A stretch of DNA of 47,752 bases, taken from the NCBI GenBank assembly GCA_017629595.1, contig JAGBWW010000068.1:1-47752 (forward strand), in the 5' to 3' direction. The notes beneath the pieces were generated by a model, which saw only the letters and a program-made list of their open reading frames with translations, was not told the DNA's origin and did no database searches. The DNA is from Clostridia bacterium (GTDB lineage Bacteria > Bacillota > Clostridia > Christensenellales > CAG-314). Each line of letters begins with the position of its first letter. The stretch's first letter is position 1. The position numbers were made by a program, and so were the translations under genes. This document shows positions 36,640 through 46,071 of this stretch, piece by piece.

Positions 36640-38307
36640 ATGAAAGTTTCTCAAATTAAATACGTACGTCCCGAAAAGGATGATATCATTGCAAAAATCA
36701 ATGAAACAAAAGAAAAATTTCTTCAAGCAAAATCTGTTGAAGAATTTTTGGAAATTCACAAACAATTCAAAAAAGAAAGTAATGCCATAGAAACAATGGC
36801 AAGTCTTGCATCCATAAGATTTACTCTCAACACCGCAGACGAATTTTATGCAAAAGAGCAAGACTATTATGACGAAGTGATGCCCGAAATAATCGTGGCA
36901 CTTAGCGATCTTAATCGTTGTTACGTGGAAAGTCCCTTCCGTAAGCAATTGGAAGAACATTTCCCCAAAGTTATGTTCCAAATTTTGGAAATGCAAATCA
37001 AAGCAAGTGATCCCATCATTTTGCAAGAAAAGGTTGAAGAAAACAAGGTTTGCACCGAATACACCCGTTTGATGTCGGAAATTTTGGTTGATTACAACGG
37101 CGAACAAATTCCTTTCCCTTCCATGTCCAAATATTTTGCCAATGAAGACAGAGAAGTAAGAAAATCCGCCATCATTGCATACGCAAAAGCCATTGAAGAT
37201 AGAAAAGACCAACTTGATGAAATTTTTGACCGTCTTGTCAAAATTCGTACCACAATGGGCAAAAAGTTGGGTTTTGAAAACTTCTCCGATTTGGGTTATT
37301 TGAGAATGCAACGCACTTGCTATTCCAAAAAAGAAATTGCTCAATTTAGAGAAAACGTAAAAAAATATTTGGTGCCTTTGGCAAGTAAATTGCGTGCAAA
37401 AGTACAAAAAGAAATGGGTTGGGACGTCCAACACTATTGGGACAACGGTGTCTATACCAAAGTAGAACCCAAACCTTTTGGCACGGTGGATCAAATTTTT
37501 GAACACGGCAGAAAAATGTACCACGAAATGGACAAAGCAACGGGCGAATTGTTTGACAAAATGTACGATGCCGAAGCATTTGACGTAATCAGCCGAAAGG
37601 GTAAATTCGGTGGTGGTTACTGCACGTGTTTGCCCGATTACAAATTGCCTTTCATTTTGGCAAACTTCAACGGCAGTTTGGGTGATATTGACGTTTTGAC
37701 ACACGAATTTGGCCACGCATACGCCTTTGCTCGTGCTTGCGAAATGGATTGCATGACGGAATTTGCCATGGAAACGGCAGAAGTTCACTCTATGAGTATG
37801 GAATTTTTGGCATATCCTTGGATTGAAGGTTTCTTTGGCGATTGCACGCCCGAATACAAATTTAATCACATTGGTGGTGCGCTTTGCTTTATTCCTTACG
37901 GTACAATCGTTGACTATTTCCAACAACAAGTTTACGACAATCCCGATATGACTTGCCAAGAAAGAAACGACTTTTACAATAAAATTGAAAAAGAGTTTTT
38001 ACCTCATATGACCACGGAAGGTATTCCTGCATTTGAAAACGGTCGCCGTTGGCAAAGACAACAACACATTTACGAATCTCCTTTCTATTACATTGACTAT
38101 TGCTTGGCACAATTTACTGCATTGCAATTCTTGGCATTGTCCCAAAGAGATTGGAAAGGTGCATTTGAAAAATATAAAAAATTCGTACACATCAACAGCG
38201 ATTTAGATTTTTGCGACACCTTGAAGGCATGCGATTTGCTTTCTCCTTTTGAAGAAGAGTCCTTTAAAGAAGTCGTAAAAGCAGTTGAAGATATCCTCAA
38301 AATTTAA
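36640..38307 (+). CDS. M3 family oligoendopeptidase (PepF-like)
   Basis: 555 aa. HEFGH zinc motif (THEFGHAY). AAGGAG RBS. Confidence 0.85.
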   Translation: MKVSQIKYVRPEKDDIIAKINETKEKFLQAKSVEEFLEIHKQFKKESNAIETMASLASIRFTLNTADEFYAKEQDYYDEVMPEIIVALSDLNRCYVESPFRKQLEEHFPKVMFQILEMQIKASDPIILQEKVEENKVCTEYTRLMSEILVDYNGEQIPFPSMSKYFANEDREVRKSAIIAYAKAIEDRKDQLDEIFDRLVKIRTTMGKKLGFENFSDLGYLRMQRTCYSKKEIAQFRENVKKYLVPLASKLRAKVQKEMGWDVQHYWDNGVYTKVEPKPFGTVDQIFEHGRKMYHEMDKATGELFDKMYDAEAFDVISRKGKFGGGYCTCLPDYKLPFILANFNGSLGDIDVLTHEFGHAYAFARACEMDCMTEFAMETAEVHSMSMEFLAYPWIEGFFGDCTPEYKFNHIGGALCFIPYGTIVDYFQQQVYDNPDMTCQERNDFYNKIEKEFLPHMTTEGIPAFENGRRWQRQQHIYESPFYYIDYCLAQFTALQFLALSQRDWKGAFEKYKKFVHINSDLDFCDTLKACDLLSPFEEESFKEVVKAVEDILKI

Positions 38308-38327
38308 AAAAGGTAGTTACAAAAGAA

Positions 38328-40064
38328 ATGTTCAAAAGATTTTTATCTTATTACAAACCCCATATGCGTTTGTTCATCATTGATATGCTGTGCGCTGTTG
38401 CAGTATCGGTTTTGAGCTTGGTATATCCCACCATCACGCAAGAAATGATGAACGTTTACGTCCCCGCCGGCGAACTTGACATGGTTTTGTATATGGCAAT
38501 TGCATTGTTAGGCTTTTTCTTGGCAAAAGCATTGCTCAATTTTGTAATTCAATATTGGGGACACCAAATGGGTGTAAGAATGCAAGCAGATATGAGAAAG
38601 GACTTTTTCCATCACGTGCAAAAATTGCCTTTCTCCTATTTTGACGAAAACAAAACGGGTACCATTATGTCGCGTATCATCAACGACTTGTTTGACGTAT
38701 CCGAATTGGCTCACCACGCACCAGAAGACTTGTTCTTATCCCTTTTGACGTTGACAGGTGCAGTTTTGTTGATTGGTTTTAGAATTGATTGGTGGTTGGC
38801 GCTTATTGCAGTTTCCTGTGTTCCTTTGATGTTTGTTTTCGTTTTGAAGACACGCCGTCAAATGCGCGAAGCCTTCAAACGCACCCGTGAACGCACAGGC
38901 GAAATCAACGCAAACGTAGAAAGTGCAATTTCCGGCATTCGTGTTTCCCGTGCATACACGGCAACTGAACACGAAATTGAAAAGTTTGATCAAGCAAATG
39001 CAAACTTTGTTACGGCTCGTGGTGGTGCTTACAAGCAAATGGGCATTTTCCACTCGGGAATGGGCTTTTTTACAGATATGGCAAACCTTGTTGCTCTTTT
39101 GGCAGGTGGCTTGTTCTTGATGTACGAGCGCATCAATCCGGCACAACTGACTGCATACATTTTGTACATATCTTCCGTCATCACACCTGTAAGAACGTTG
39201 ACGGCAATTTTTGAACAATTGCAATCTGGTATGACTGGCTTTGCACGTTTTGACGAAATTATGAATCGTGACGTGGAAGCAGAAGACAAAAATGCCATTG
39301 AAATTGGTCGTGTAAAGGGCGAAATTGAATTTAAAAACGTAAGTTTCAAATATACCCAAGACGACGTAGAAGACGACAGTTTTGTTCTCAACAACATCAA
39401 CTTGAAAATCAATGCTGGCGAAACGGTTGCATTGGTCGGTCCTAGTGGTGGTGGCAAGACAACCATTTGCCACTTGATTCCTCGTTTTTACGAACTCAAT
39501 TCAGGAACAATCTACCTTGACGGACACGACATCACAACGCTTACAAGATACAGTTTAAGAAAAAATATCGGTATGGTTTCCCAAGACGTCTTTTTGTTTA
39601 ACGGAACCATCAAAGAAAACATTGCATACGGCAATTTGGACGCAACTGACGAAGAAATTGAAGAAGCAGCAAAAAAAGCATGTATTCACGATTACATCGT
39701 GCAATTGCCTGACGGTTATTTGACGCAAGTTGGCGAAAGAGGAATCAAATTGTCCGGCGGACAAAAGCAAAGAGTATCCATTGCTCGTGCTTTCTTGAAA
39801 AATCCTCCCATCCTTATTTTGGACGAAGCAACAAGTGCATTGGACAACATTACCGAAATGGAAATTCAACGCGCACTCAACGAGTTGTCGCAAGGTCGTA
39901 CGACTTTGGTCGTCGCGCACAGATTGTCCACCGTCAAAAATGCCGACGAAATTTTGGTGGTAACCCACAAAGGTATTGAAGAACGTGGCTCTCACGAACA
40001 ACTTTTGGAAATAAAAGATGGCCTTTACAGCCATTTGTACAAACATCAATTTAAAACGGAATAG
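38328..40064 (+). CDS. ABC exporter, fused permease/ATPase (MsbA/MDR type)
   Basis: 578 aa. 6-TM N-terminal domain. Walker A GPSGGGKT, LSGGQKQR, ILILDEATSALD. Confidence 0.9.
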   Translation: MFKRFLSYYKPHMRLFIIDMLCAVAVSVLSLVYPTITQEMMNVYVPAGELDMVLYMAIALLGFFLAKALLNFVIQYWGHQMGVRMQADMRKDFFHHVQKLPFSYFDENKTGTIMSRIINDLFDVSELAHHAPEDLFLSLLTLTGAVLLIGFRIDWWLALIAVSCVPLMFVFVLKTRRQMREAFKRTRERTGEINANVESAISGIRVSRAYTATEHEIEKFDQANANFVTARGGAYKQMGIFHSGMGFFTDMANLVALLAGGLFLMYERINPAQLTAYILYISSVITPVRTLTAIFEQLQSGMTGFARFDEIMNRDVEAEDKNAIEIGRVKGEIEFKNVSFKYTQDDVEDDSFVLNNINLKINAGETVALVGPSGGGKTTICHLIPRFYELNSGTIYLDGHDITTLTRYSLRKNIGMVSQDVFLFNGTIKENIAYGNLDATDEEIEEAAKKACIHDYIVQLPDGYLTQVGERGIKLSGGQKQRVSIARAFLKNPPILILDEATSALDNITEMEIQRALNELSQGRTTLVVAHRLSTVKNADEILVVTHKGIEERGSHEQLLEIKDGLYSHLYKHQFKTE

Positions 40065-40082
40065 TCCGTTGAAGGAAAATTA

Positions 40083-41027
40083 GTGAAATATTTGGCTTTT
40101 GACATTGAAGCGGCAAACGGCTACAAATTGTACAGCATTTGTTCAATTGGCGTGGTCGTTGCCGACGAAAATTTCAACGTTTTGCACAGCACCAATATTT
40201 GGATAAACCCCAAGTGCAAATACAACTTGAACGGAACAAGACAAAACGTTGGCATAGATTTGAAATTGGACAAACAACTTTTGGACAGTTCTCCCGACTT
40301 CCCCCTTGTTTACCAAAAAATCAAAGATATGTTGGAAGATGACTCGGTGGTGGTATTGGGGCACGCAGTTGACGCAGACGTAAGAATGCTAAACGCCGCT
40401 TGCAACCATTACAGATTGCCACCCATCAACTTTAAATTTATTTGTTCGCAACTGTTGTACAAAATGTACAAAGGGGAAAAAGAAGTAAAAGCACTCAACA
40501 AAATTGCAAACGAACTGAACTTGGAATTTTCACAACACAACAGCGAATCGGACGCATGGATGTCGTTGCAAACTTTGAAATATCTCGTCCAAACGACCAA
40601 CCTTTCGTTAAATCAGTTGTTGGAAAAATATCAAATTCGCATTGGCGAAAACAATGATTTTGACCTTACTCGTTCGGTTTCATTGTTGGAAAACGTATCT
40701 AAAAAGCACGTCACTCAAAAGGCGTTGCAAAAACTTAAAGAAACGTATTATCAAACGGAACAAAAGACCAACCTTTTGAATAATGCCGTATTTGGCATCG
40801 CTCGTTCGTACGAATTGACTCAAAAAGGTGTGGAACTTGTAGAAAAAATTGCTCAAAACGGTGGAAGATACAGTACCTATTTAAAAAAGTGCAACTTCTA
40901 CGTTATGGCAGAGCCTTCCACCCAACAAGACGCTTTGCGTGAAAAACGTGTGGAAGAGTTACAAAACGAAAAGTTAATAACCATTTTGACACAAAAAGAA
41001 TTTGACAAAATGGTAAAAGGAGAATAG
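40083..41027 (+). CDS. DEDDh 3'-5' exonuclease domain protein with BRCT-like C-terminus
   Basis: GTG start. ExoI FDIEAAN, ExoII GHAVDADVRML, ExoIII HNSESDA. The C-terminal ~90 aa follow a BRCT-like pattern. Confidence 0.75.
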   Translation: MKYLAFDIEAANGYKLYSICSIGVVVADENFNVLHSTNIWINPKCKYNLNGTRQNVGIDLKLDKQLLDSSPDFPLVYQKIKDMLEDDSVVVLGHAVDADVRMLNAACNHYRLPPINFKFICSQLLYKMYKGEKEVKALNKIANELNLEFSQHNSESDAWMSLQTLKYLVQTTNLSLNQLLEKYQIRIGENNDFDLTRSVSLLENVSKKHVTQKALQKLKETYYQTEQKTNLLNNAVFGIARSYELTQKGVELVEKIAQNGGRYSTYLKKCNFYVMAEPSTQQDALREKRVEELQNEKLITILTQKEFDKMVKGE

Positions 41028-41029
41028 AT

Positions 41030-42280
41030 ATGACAACAAAAGAGTTTATGATCAATCACAAACAACACTCCGATTGCATTGATGCAGATCAACAGTTTGC
41101 CATCTTCCAACAAGAAATGGAAAACGGTTTGAAGGGCGAAACATCATCTTTGCCTATGATTCCCACCTATTTGGAACCTTCCTCCCAAATGAGAATCAAC
41201 GAAAAGAAAATTTTGCTTGATGCAGGTGGAACAAACTTCAGAAGTGCAGTAGGTTGGTTTGACGAACAAGGTCAAGCTGAAATTCGTCACTTGTCCAAGA
41301 GCGGTATGTTGACCGAACGCGTTTCCAAAGACGCATTTTACGATTACATTGCAAAACAAATCGTACCCTTGGCAGAAGAAGGTGGCGACATTGGTTATTG
41401 CTTCTCTTACAACGTAGCAATGGACAACACAATTGACGGAACGCTCGTTGCAATGTCCAAAGAATTGGACAACGAAGCACTCATCGGCACAAAAGTCGGT
41501 GCAGAAACTCTCAACGCACTCAAAAAATACAACGATACACCCAGAAAAATTTGCATCCTCAACGATACGGTTGCAACACTTATGGGAGGTATGGCATATC
41601 ACATTGACGAAAACTACTCATCCAAATTGGGCTTTATTTTCGGTACAGGCACCAATATCTGCTACGTAGAAAAAACAAGCAAAATCCAAAAATTGTCCGA
41701 CGGCAAAACGGAAGAAATGATTATCAACTGCGAAACGGCAAACTACAACAAATTGCCCCAAGGCGACTTTGACAAAATTGTCATGGCAAACACAGCTGAT
41801 CCCACGAGATCTCCTTTGGAAAAAATGACAAGTGGCAAATATTTGTCCGATTTGGCATTTGAAGTTTTGTTCGCAGCAAGCCGTGAAGGTTTGTTCACAG
41901 GTGTAACAAACATCCAACCTTTTGAAACACGTGACATTTCCGATTTCTTGATGGACAACAACAACAAACTCTATCGTATGTTCAAAAAGACGGCAGACAG
42001 AACAATCGCAAAAGAATTGCTCAACATCATCATTGACCGTTCGGCAAAAATCAGCGCCATTTCCTTGGCAGCAATTGCAATGTACGGTCACGACGGAAGC
42101 GAAAATCCCGTTGCAATCGTTTGCGAAGGTACGACTTTCCACAGACTTACCGGCTACAAAGCAAAACTTTGCGCCTATTTGGATGAAATTTTTGGCAAAC
42201 ACAACGTTTCTTACAAATTGATTCAAGACGGACAAGAACTCAACCTTGTCGGTAGCTTGTTGGCAACTTTCTCCTTGTAA
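41030..42280 (+). CDS. Hexokinase-family sugar kinase (eukaryotic-type, PF00349/PF03727)
   Basis: 416 aa. LLDAGGTNFR, GFIFGTGTNICYVE and EKMTSGKYLSDL match the hexokinase phosphate-1, phosphate-2 and adenosine motifs. Confidence 0.85.
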   Translation: MTTKEFMINHKQHSDCIDADQQFAIFQQEMENGLKGETSSLPMIPTYLEPSSQMRINEKKILLDAGGTNFRSAVGWFDEQGQAEIRHLSKSGMLTERVSKDAFYDYIAKQIVPLAEEGGDIGYCFSYNVAMDNTIDGTLVAMSKELDNEALIGTKVGAETLNALKKYNDTPRKICILNDTVATLMGGMAYHIDENYSSKLGFIFGTGTNICYVEKTSKIQKLSDGKTEEMIINCETANYNKLPQGDFDKIVMANTADPTRSPLEKMTSGKYLSDLAFEVLFAASREGLFTGVTNIQPFETRDISDFLMDNNNKLYRMFKKTADRTIAKELLNIIIDRSAKISAISLAAIAMYGHDGSENPVAIVCEGTTFHRLTGYKAKLCAYLDEIFGKHNVSYKLIQDGQELNLVGSLLATFSL

Positions 42281-42281
42281 T

Positions 42282-44075
42282 ATGAGCAAAATTTGTGAAA
42301 AAGTAACTGTTCCCGCCCGTTATTTTGGTGGAGAAAGCAATCTTCCTCAACAAAAAGAAAACGTTGACGTGCGTTTTTGCATGTGCGTATCGGATACATA
42401 CGAAGTTGGAATGTCCAACTTGGGCGTGAGAATTTTATACTTTTTAATCAACAACATAGACGGTGTCGTTTGCGAGCGCTGTTTTGCTCCTTGGTTTGAC
42501 TATGCAACGTGGCTTCAAGAACACAAACAAAAATTGTGTTCATTGGAAAGCCAAACGCCTTTGTCCGACTTTGATTTCGTTGGTTTTTCCATGCAATACG
42601 AATTGTGCTATTCCAACTTTTTCCAAATGTTGGAATTGGCGCAAATTCCCGTGTGGCAAAAAGACCGTACGGAAGACCATCCTTTCGTCGTGGCAGGTGG
42701 CCCTTGTGCAGTCAACTTGGAACCAATGGCAGACTTTTTTGATTTTATTTTCGTTGGCGATGGCGAAACGCCTTGGCCCAAAATCATCAAAGATTGGCAA
42801 AAAATGAAGTCAACCACTACAAAAAAGGACTTTTTGCGTTACGTGGACAAAACGTATTCTTGCATTTACGTTCCTTCTTTGCACCCTGTCCAATATCAGT
42901 CGGGCAAGGTAAAAAATCCTTTTGACTTTACCATCACAAAAAACACCGAAAAAGATTTAGACAGCCTTTTTGCACCCACGACACAACTAGTGCCTACCAT
43001 AGAAATAGTGCACGATCGTGCCGTTGTGGAACTTGCAAGAGGTTGTGCCAACGGTTGCCGTTTTTGTCAAGCAGGCTTCATCTATCGCCCCGTGCGTGAG
43101 CGCAGTCGCCAACAAGTGGTGGAGATTTGTCAACAATTGTTGCGCAACACCGGTTACCAAGAAGTTTCTCTAAACAGTTTGTCGGCAGGCGACTATTCCG
43201 AACTTTTAGAGTTGGTGCAAGATTTGAAACCCGTTTGCCAACAATTCAACGCGCGTTTGGGTTTGCCCAGTTTAAGAGTGGACTCTTTCAAGGGCGACTT
43301 TGTAAGTGAAAACAGAAAAAGCAGTCTTACCTTTGCTCCCGAAGCAGGAACTCAACGTTTGCGTGACGTAATCAACAAAAACGTAACCAAAGATGACGTT
43401 TTGTCGGCTTGTGAACAAGCCTTTATGCAAGGTTATTCGTCGGTCAAACTTTACTTTATGATAGGTTTGCCCACCGAAACAATGGATGACGTTGCAGGCA
43501 TTGCCGACTTGGCGTTTGAAATCAAAAATTTATATCACAAACTTACCAAAAAGGTGCTTAGAATTTCCGTATCGGTAGCCACCTTTATTCCCAAGCCCTT
43601 TACGCCTTTCCAATGGGAACAGTTTGCCAATAAACTTGACGTAGAAGAAAAGCAAACGTATCTCAAAACAAGGTTGAGAAAGGGACAAATTGGTTTTTCT
43701 TATACCGATTACGAAACGTCCTTGTTGGAAGCAATTTTGGCTCGTGGTGGACGAAACCTTGCTCCTGCATTGTATCAAGCCTACAAAAACGGTGCTTGTT
43801 TTGATGCTTGGACGGAATGTTTCAAATGGCAATGCTATCAAGATGCCTTCGTGCAACACGGAATTGACGTTGACGCAATTGTGTCAAGCAAACAAGAAGA
43901 CGAAATTTTGCCTTGGGATATGATAGATATTGGCGTTTCCAAACAATATTTGTTGTTGGAAAAACGTCGTGCCCAACAAGCAGTTGCCACTCCGTCTTGC
44001 ACACAAAAGTGCAACGGTTGCGGACTTAAAAAGCAAGGCTTTTGCTTGCAATCGGAGGGCAATAGAAAATTATGA
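42282..44075 (+). CDS. TIGR03960-family B12-binding-domain radical SAM protein
   Basis: ATG at 42282. N-terminal VPARYFGGESN. Radical SAM cluster motif CANGCRFCQAG. Confidence 0.9.
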   Translation: MSKICEKVTVPARYFGGESNLPQQKENVDVRFCMCVSDTYEVGMSNLGVRILYFLINNIDGVVCERCFAPWFDYATWLQEHKQKLCSLESQTPLSDFDFVGFSMQYELCYSNFFQMLELAQIPVWQKDRTEDHPFVVAGGPCAVNLEPMADFFDFIFVGDGETPWPKIIKDWQKMKSTTTKKDFLRYVDKTYSCIYVPSLHPVQYQSGKVKNPFDFTITKNTEKDLDSLFAPTTQLVPTIEIVHDRAVVELARGCANGCRFCQAGFIYRPVRERSRQQVVEICQQLLRNTGYQEVSLNSLSAGDYSELLELVQDLKPVCQQFNARLGLPSLRVDSFKGDFVSENRKSSLTFAPEAGTQRLRDVINKNVTKDDVLSACEQAFMQGYSSVKLYFMIGLPTETMDDVAGIADLAFEIKNLYHKLTKKVLRISVSVATFIPKPFTPFQWEQFANKLDVEEKQTYLKTRLRKGQIGFSYTDYETSLLEAILARGGRNLAPALYQAYKNGACFDAWTECFKWQCYQDAFVQHGIDVDAIVSSKQEDEILPWDMIDIGVSKQYLLLEKRRAQQAVATPSCTQKCNGCGLKKQGFCLQSEGNRKL

Positions 44076-44689
44076 TAGTTATCAAATATAAAAAGACGGA
44101 CAAAGCCTCTTTGGTTTCCCACGTGGATTTGTCCCGAGCAATTATGCGTGTGTTTAGACGTGCCAACGTACGCGTTGATTACACCAAGGGCTTCAACCCT
44201 CACCCCGACATGTACTTTTCTCCTGCATTGTCATTGGGTTGCCACAGCCTTTGCGAGTATTTGTACTTCAACGGCGAGGCAAACGTTGACCAACTTGAAC
44301 TTTTGAACCAATACGCAATGCAAGGCGTAACCTTTTTGCAATTGTTAAAAACGGACAGAGTAAAGTTGGCAGCAGACGTCACAAGCGCTACTTACGTCGT
44401 GCAAATGGAGGGCATTGGAAAAATGTTGTCAGCCATTGATTCCAACTTTTGCATTGACAAAAAAGACCAACAAGTGGCAGTTTTTGACAAAATCAAACAC
44501 GCTCAAGCAATTGACGACAACACGGCGACTTTCACGCTTGCTTGTGGAAACAAAAATCTCCGTTGCGACAAAGTGGTGCAAAGTTTGCAAAAGATACACG
44601 GCGTTGATTGCGACTATAAAATTGTCAAAACAGATATGTTCATTGGCGAACAGTCGGTAGATGATTTTTTACAAACAAAGGTTATTTAA
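44072..44689 (+). CDS. TIGR03936 / DUF2344 radical-SAM-linked protein
   Basis: 205 aa. VSHVDLSRAIMRVFRRANVRVDYTKGFNPHP matches the family signature. ATGA overlap with the radical SAM gene. Confidence 0.85.
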   Translation: MIVIKYKKTDKASLVSHVDLSRAIMRVFRRANVRVDYTKGFNPHPDMYFSPALSLGCHSLCEYLYFNGEANVDQLELLNQYAMQGVTFLQLLKTDRVKLAADVTSATYVVQMEGIGKMLSAIDSNFCIDKKDQQVAVFDKIKHAQAIDDNTATFTLACGNKNLRCDKVVQSLQKIHGVDCDYKIVKTDMFIGEQSVDDFLQTKVI

Positions 44690-44692
44690 TAT

Positions 44693-44727
44693 AAAAAAGG
44701 ATATTTGCCAAAACAAATATCCTTTTT
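44693..44727. terminator. Bidirectional intrinsic terminator
   Basis: AAGGATATTTG (44697-44707) pairs with CAAATATCCTT (44714-44724), flanked by an A-run and a T-run. Confidence 0.85.
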
Positions 44728-44729
44728 GA

Positions 44730-44894
44730 TTAACGTTTTCTTTTCAATTTAGTGCGTTTTATTTTGGGCGAGCGCGCACCCCAAGCGGACAAACGGTTGG
44801 GCAAACGATTTGGCTCTGCTCCGTCCAGATAAAAATTTCTACACGTTTCGTAGTTCATAAAATATTCGTGATCATTTAAGTAGGTTTTTGTCAT
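44730..44894 (-). CDS. Hypothetical small protein (54 aa) with a strongly basic tail
   Basis: ATG at 44894 with a perfect AGGAGG 5 nt upstream on the minus strand. Encodes MTKTYLNDHEYFMNYETCRNFYLDGAEPNRLPNRLSAWGARSPKIKRTKLKRKR. Followed by the bidirectional terminator. Confidence 0.6.
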   Translation of the reverse strand: MTKTYLNDHEYFMNYETCRNFYLDGAEPNRLPNRLSAWGARSPKIKRTKLKRKR

Positions 44895-44952
44895 GACGTC
44901 CTCCTTTTTTAATAGTGTTTGGCAAGGCAAATGAAAATATGCACTTATTTGA

Positions 44953-44981
44953 TTGACAAAAGATGCCTATTGGGGTAATAT
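44953..44981 (+). promoter_or_regulatory. Sigma-A promoter of rplU-prp-rpmA
   Basis: TTGACA 44953-44958, 17-nt spacer, TAATAT 44976-44981. Confidence 0.65.
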
Positions 44982-44987
44982 TATTGT

Positions 44988-45090
44988 CGGCCGCTTATTA
45001 AGGGTCATAAAGTTGTGCAATTTTTTCAAGCACTCACCCGAATTTTGCTTTGGCAAAAGTTAGCGAGTCTGGAGAAGGGAGGTATTTACA
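44988..45090 (+). ncRNA. Structured 5' leader of rplU (possible L21-leader type autoregulatory element)
   Basis: About 100-nt UTR between the promoter and rplU, with a small hairpin (AATTTTGC/GCAAAAGT around 45041-45061). An L21 leader is known at this position in low-GC Gram-positives. I could not verify the consensus structure by eye. Confidence 0.3.
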
Positions 45091-45393
45091 ATGTACGCAA
45101 TTGTTAAAACAGGTGGAAAGCAATACAAAGTAGAACAAGGTACAATCTTCAAAGTTGAAAAACTCAATGCAGAAGTAGGTTCCCAAGTTGAACTTGAAAC
45201 TTTGCTTGTTTGCGACGGTGACAATCTTTCTGTCGCAGCCGACGCAGCAAAAGTAAAAGTTGTTGCAACTGTACTTGAACATGGCAAGGGTGAAAAAATC
45301 AACATTTTCACATACAAACCCAAAAAGAACATTCGTCATCGTCAAGGTCACAGACAACCGTACACCAAGTTGAAAGTTGAATCTATTGGCTAA
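45091..45393 (+). CDS. rplU: 50S ribosomal protein L21
   Basis: 100 aa. MYAIVKTGGKQYKVEQG canonical N-terminus. GGGAGG RBS. Confidence 0.97.
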   Translation: MYAIVKTGGKQYKVEQGTIFKVEKLNAEVGSQVELETLLVCDGDNLSVAADAAKVKVVATVLEHGKGEKINIFTYKPKKNIRHRQGHRQPYTKLKVESIG

Positions 45394-45401
45394 AAACTGG
45401 T

Positions 45402-45743
45402 ATGACGGACATCAAAATTGAAAAAAAAGGCAATTCTATTACGAAGGTAAGTTGCTCGGGACACGCAGGATACGCTTGTGAAGGCGAAGATATTGTGTGT
45501 GCAGGCATTTCCACGTTGGTGCAAACGGCTCTTTTGGGGCTTTTGCAAGTGGCAAAAATCAACTTGGTCTTTGATAGAGATTGTCAGCAAGGCAGTTTGA
45601 ACTTTGCAATTCCTCAAAACGTAACCAAACAACAAAGGCACGATGCCGACGTAATTTTGGACACTATGTTGTGTGGACTTAGCGATTTTCAAACGGAGTA
45701 TTCCGACTATATGAATTTGGAGGTTGTTCAAAATGTTCATTAA
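45402..45743 (+). CDS. prp: Ribosomal-processing cysteine protease Prp (YsxB)
   Basis: 113 aa. Lies between rplU and rpm[16 protein letters not shown] motif with the catalytic His/Cys. Confidence 0.9.
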   Translation: MTDIKIEKKGNSITKVSCSGHAGYACEGEDIVCAGISTLVQTALLGLLQVAKINLVFDRDCQQGSLNFAIPQNVTKQQRHDADVILDTMLCGLSDFQTEYSDYMNLEVVQNVH

Positions 45744-46014
45744 TTTACAATTATTTGCTCATAAAAAAGGTATGGGTTCCACAAAGAACGGTCGCGATAG
45801 CGAAAGCAAACGTTTGGGAGCCAAAAGAGCAGACGGACAATTTGCATCTGCAGGTAACATTCTTGTCAGACAACGTGGTACACACTTCCACCCCGGCCAC
45901 AACGTAGGCATTGGCAAAGACGACACTTTGTTTGCACTTATTGATGGCGTTGTCAAATTTGAAAGAGTCAACAAGACCAAAAGACAAGTTTCTGTTTATC
46001 CTCAAAGCAAATAA
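45733..46014 (+). CDS. rpmA: 50S ribosomal protein L27 (with Prp-cleaved N-terminal propeptide)
   Basis: ATG at 45733 lies 9 nt after [28 protein letters not shown] shows the LQLFA-HKKG cleavage context. The TTG at 45724 in the track is less likely. Confidence 0.95.
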   Translation: MFINLQLFAHKKGMGSTKNGRDSESKRLGAKRADGQFASAGNILVRQRGTHFHPGHNVGIGKDDTLFALIDGVVKFERVNKTKRQVSVYPQSK

Positions 46015-46034
46015 GAAAAAAACTTTAGAAAGAG

Positions 46035-46066
46035 AAAGTTGCATTTTTACAATGCAACTTTTTTTA
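46035..46066 (+). terminator. Intrinsic terminator after rpmA
   Basis: AAAGTTGCATT (46035-46045) pairs with AATGCAACTTT (46051-46061), then a T-run. Confidence 0.9.
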
Positions 46067-46071
46067 TTATT

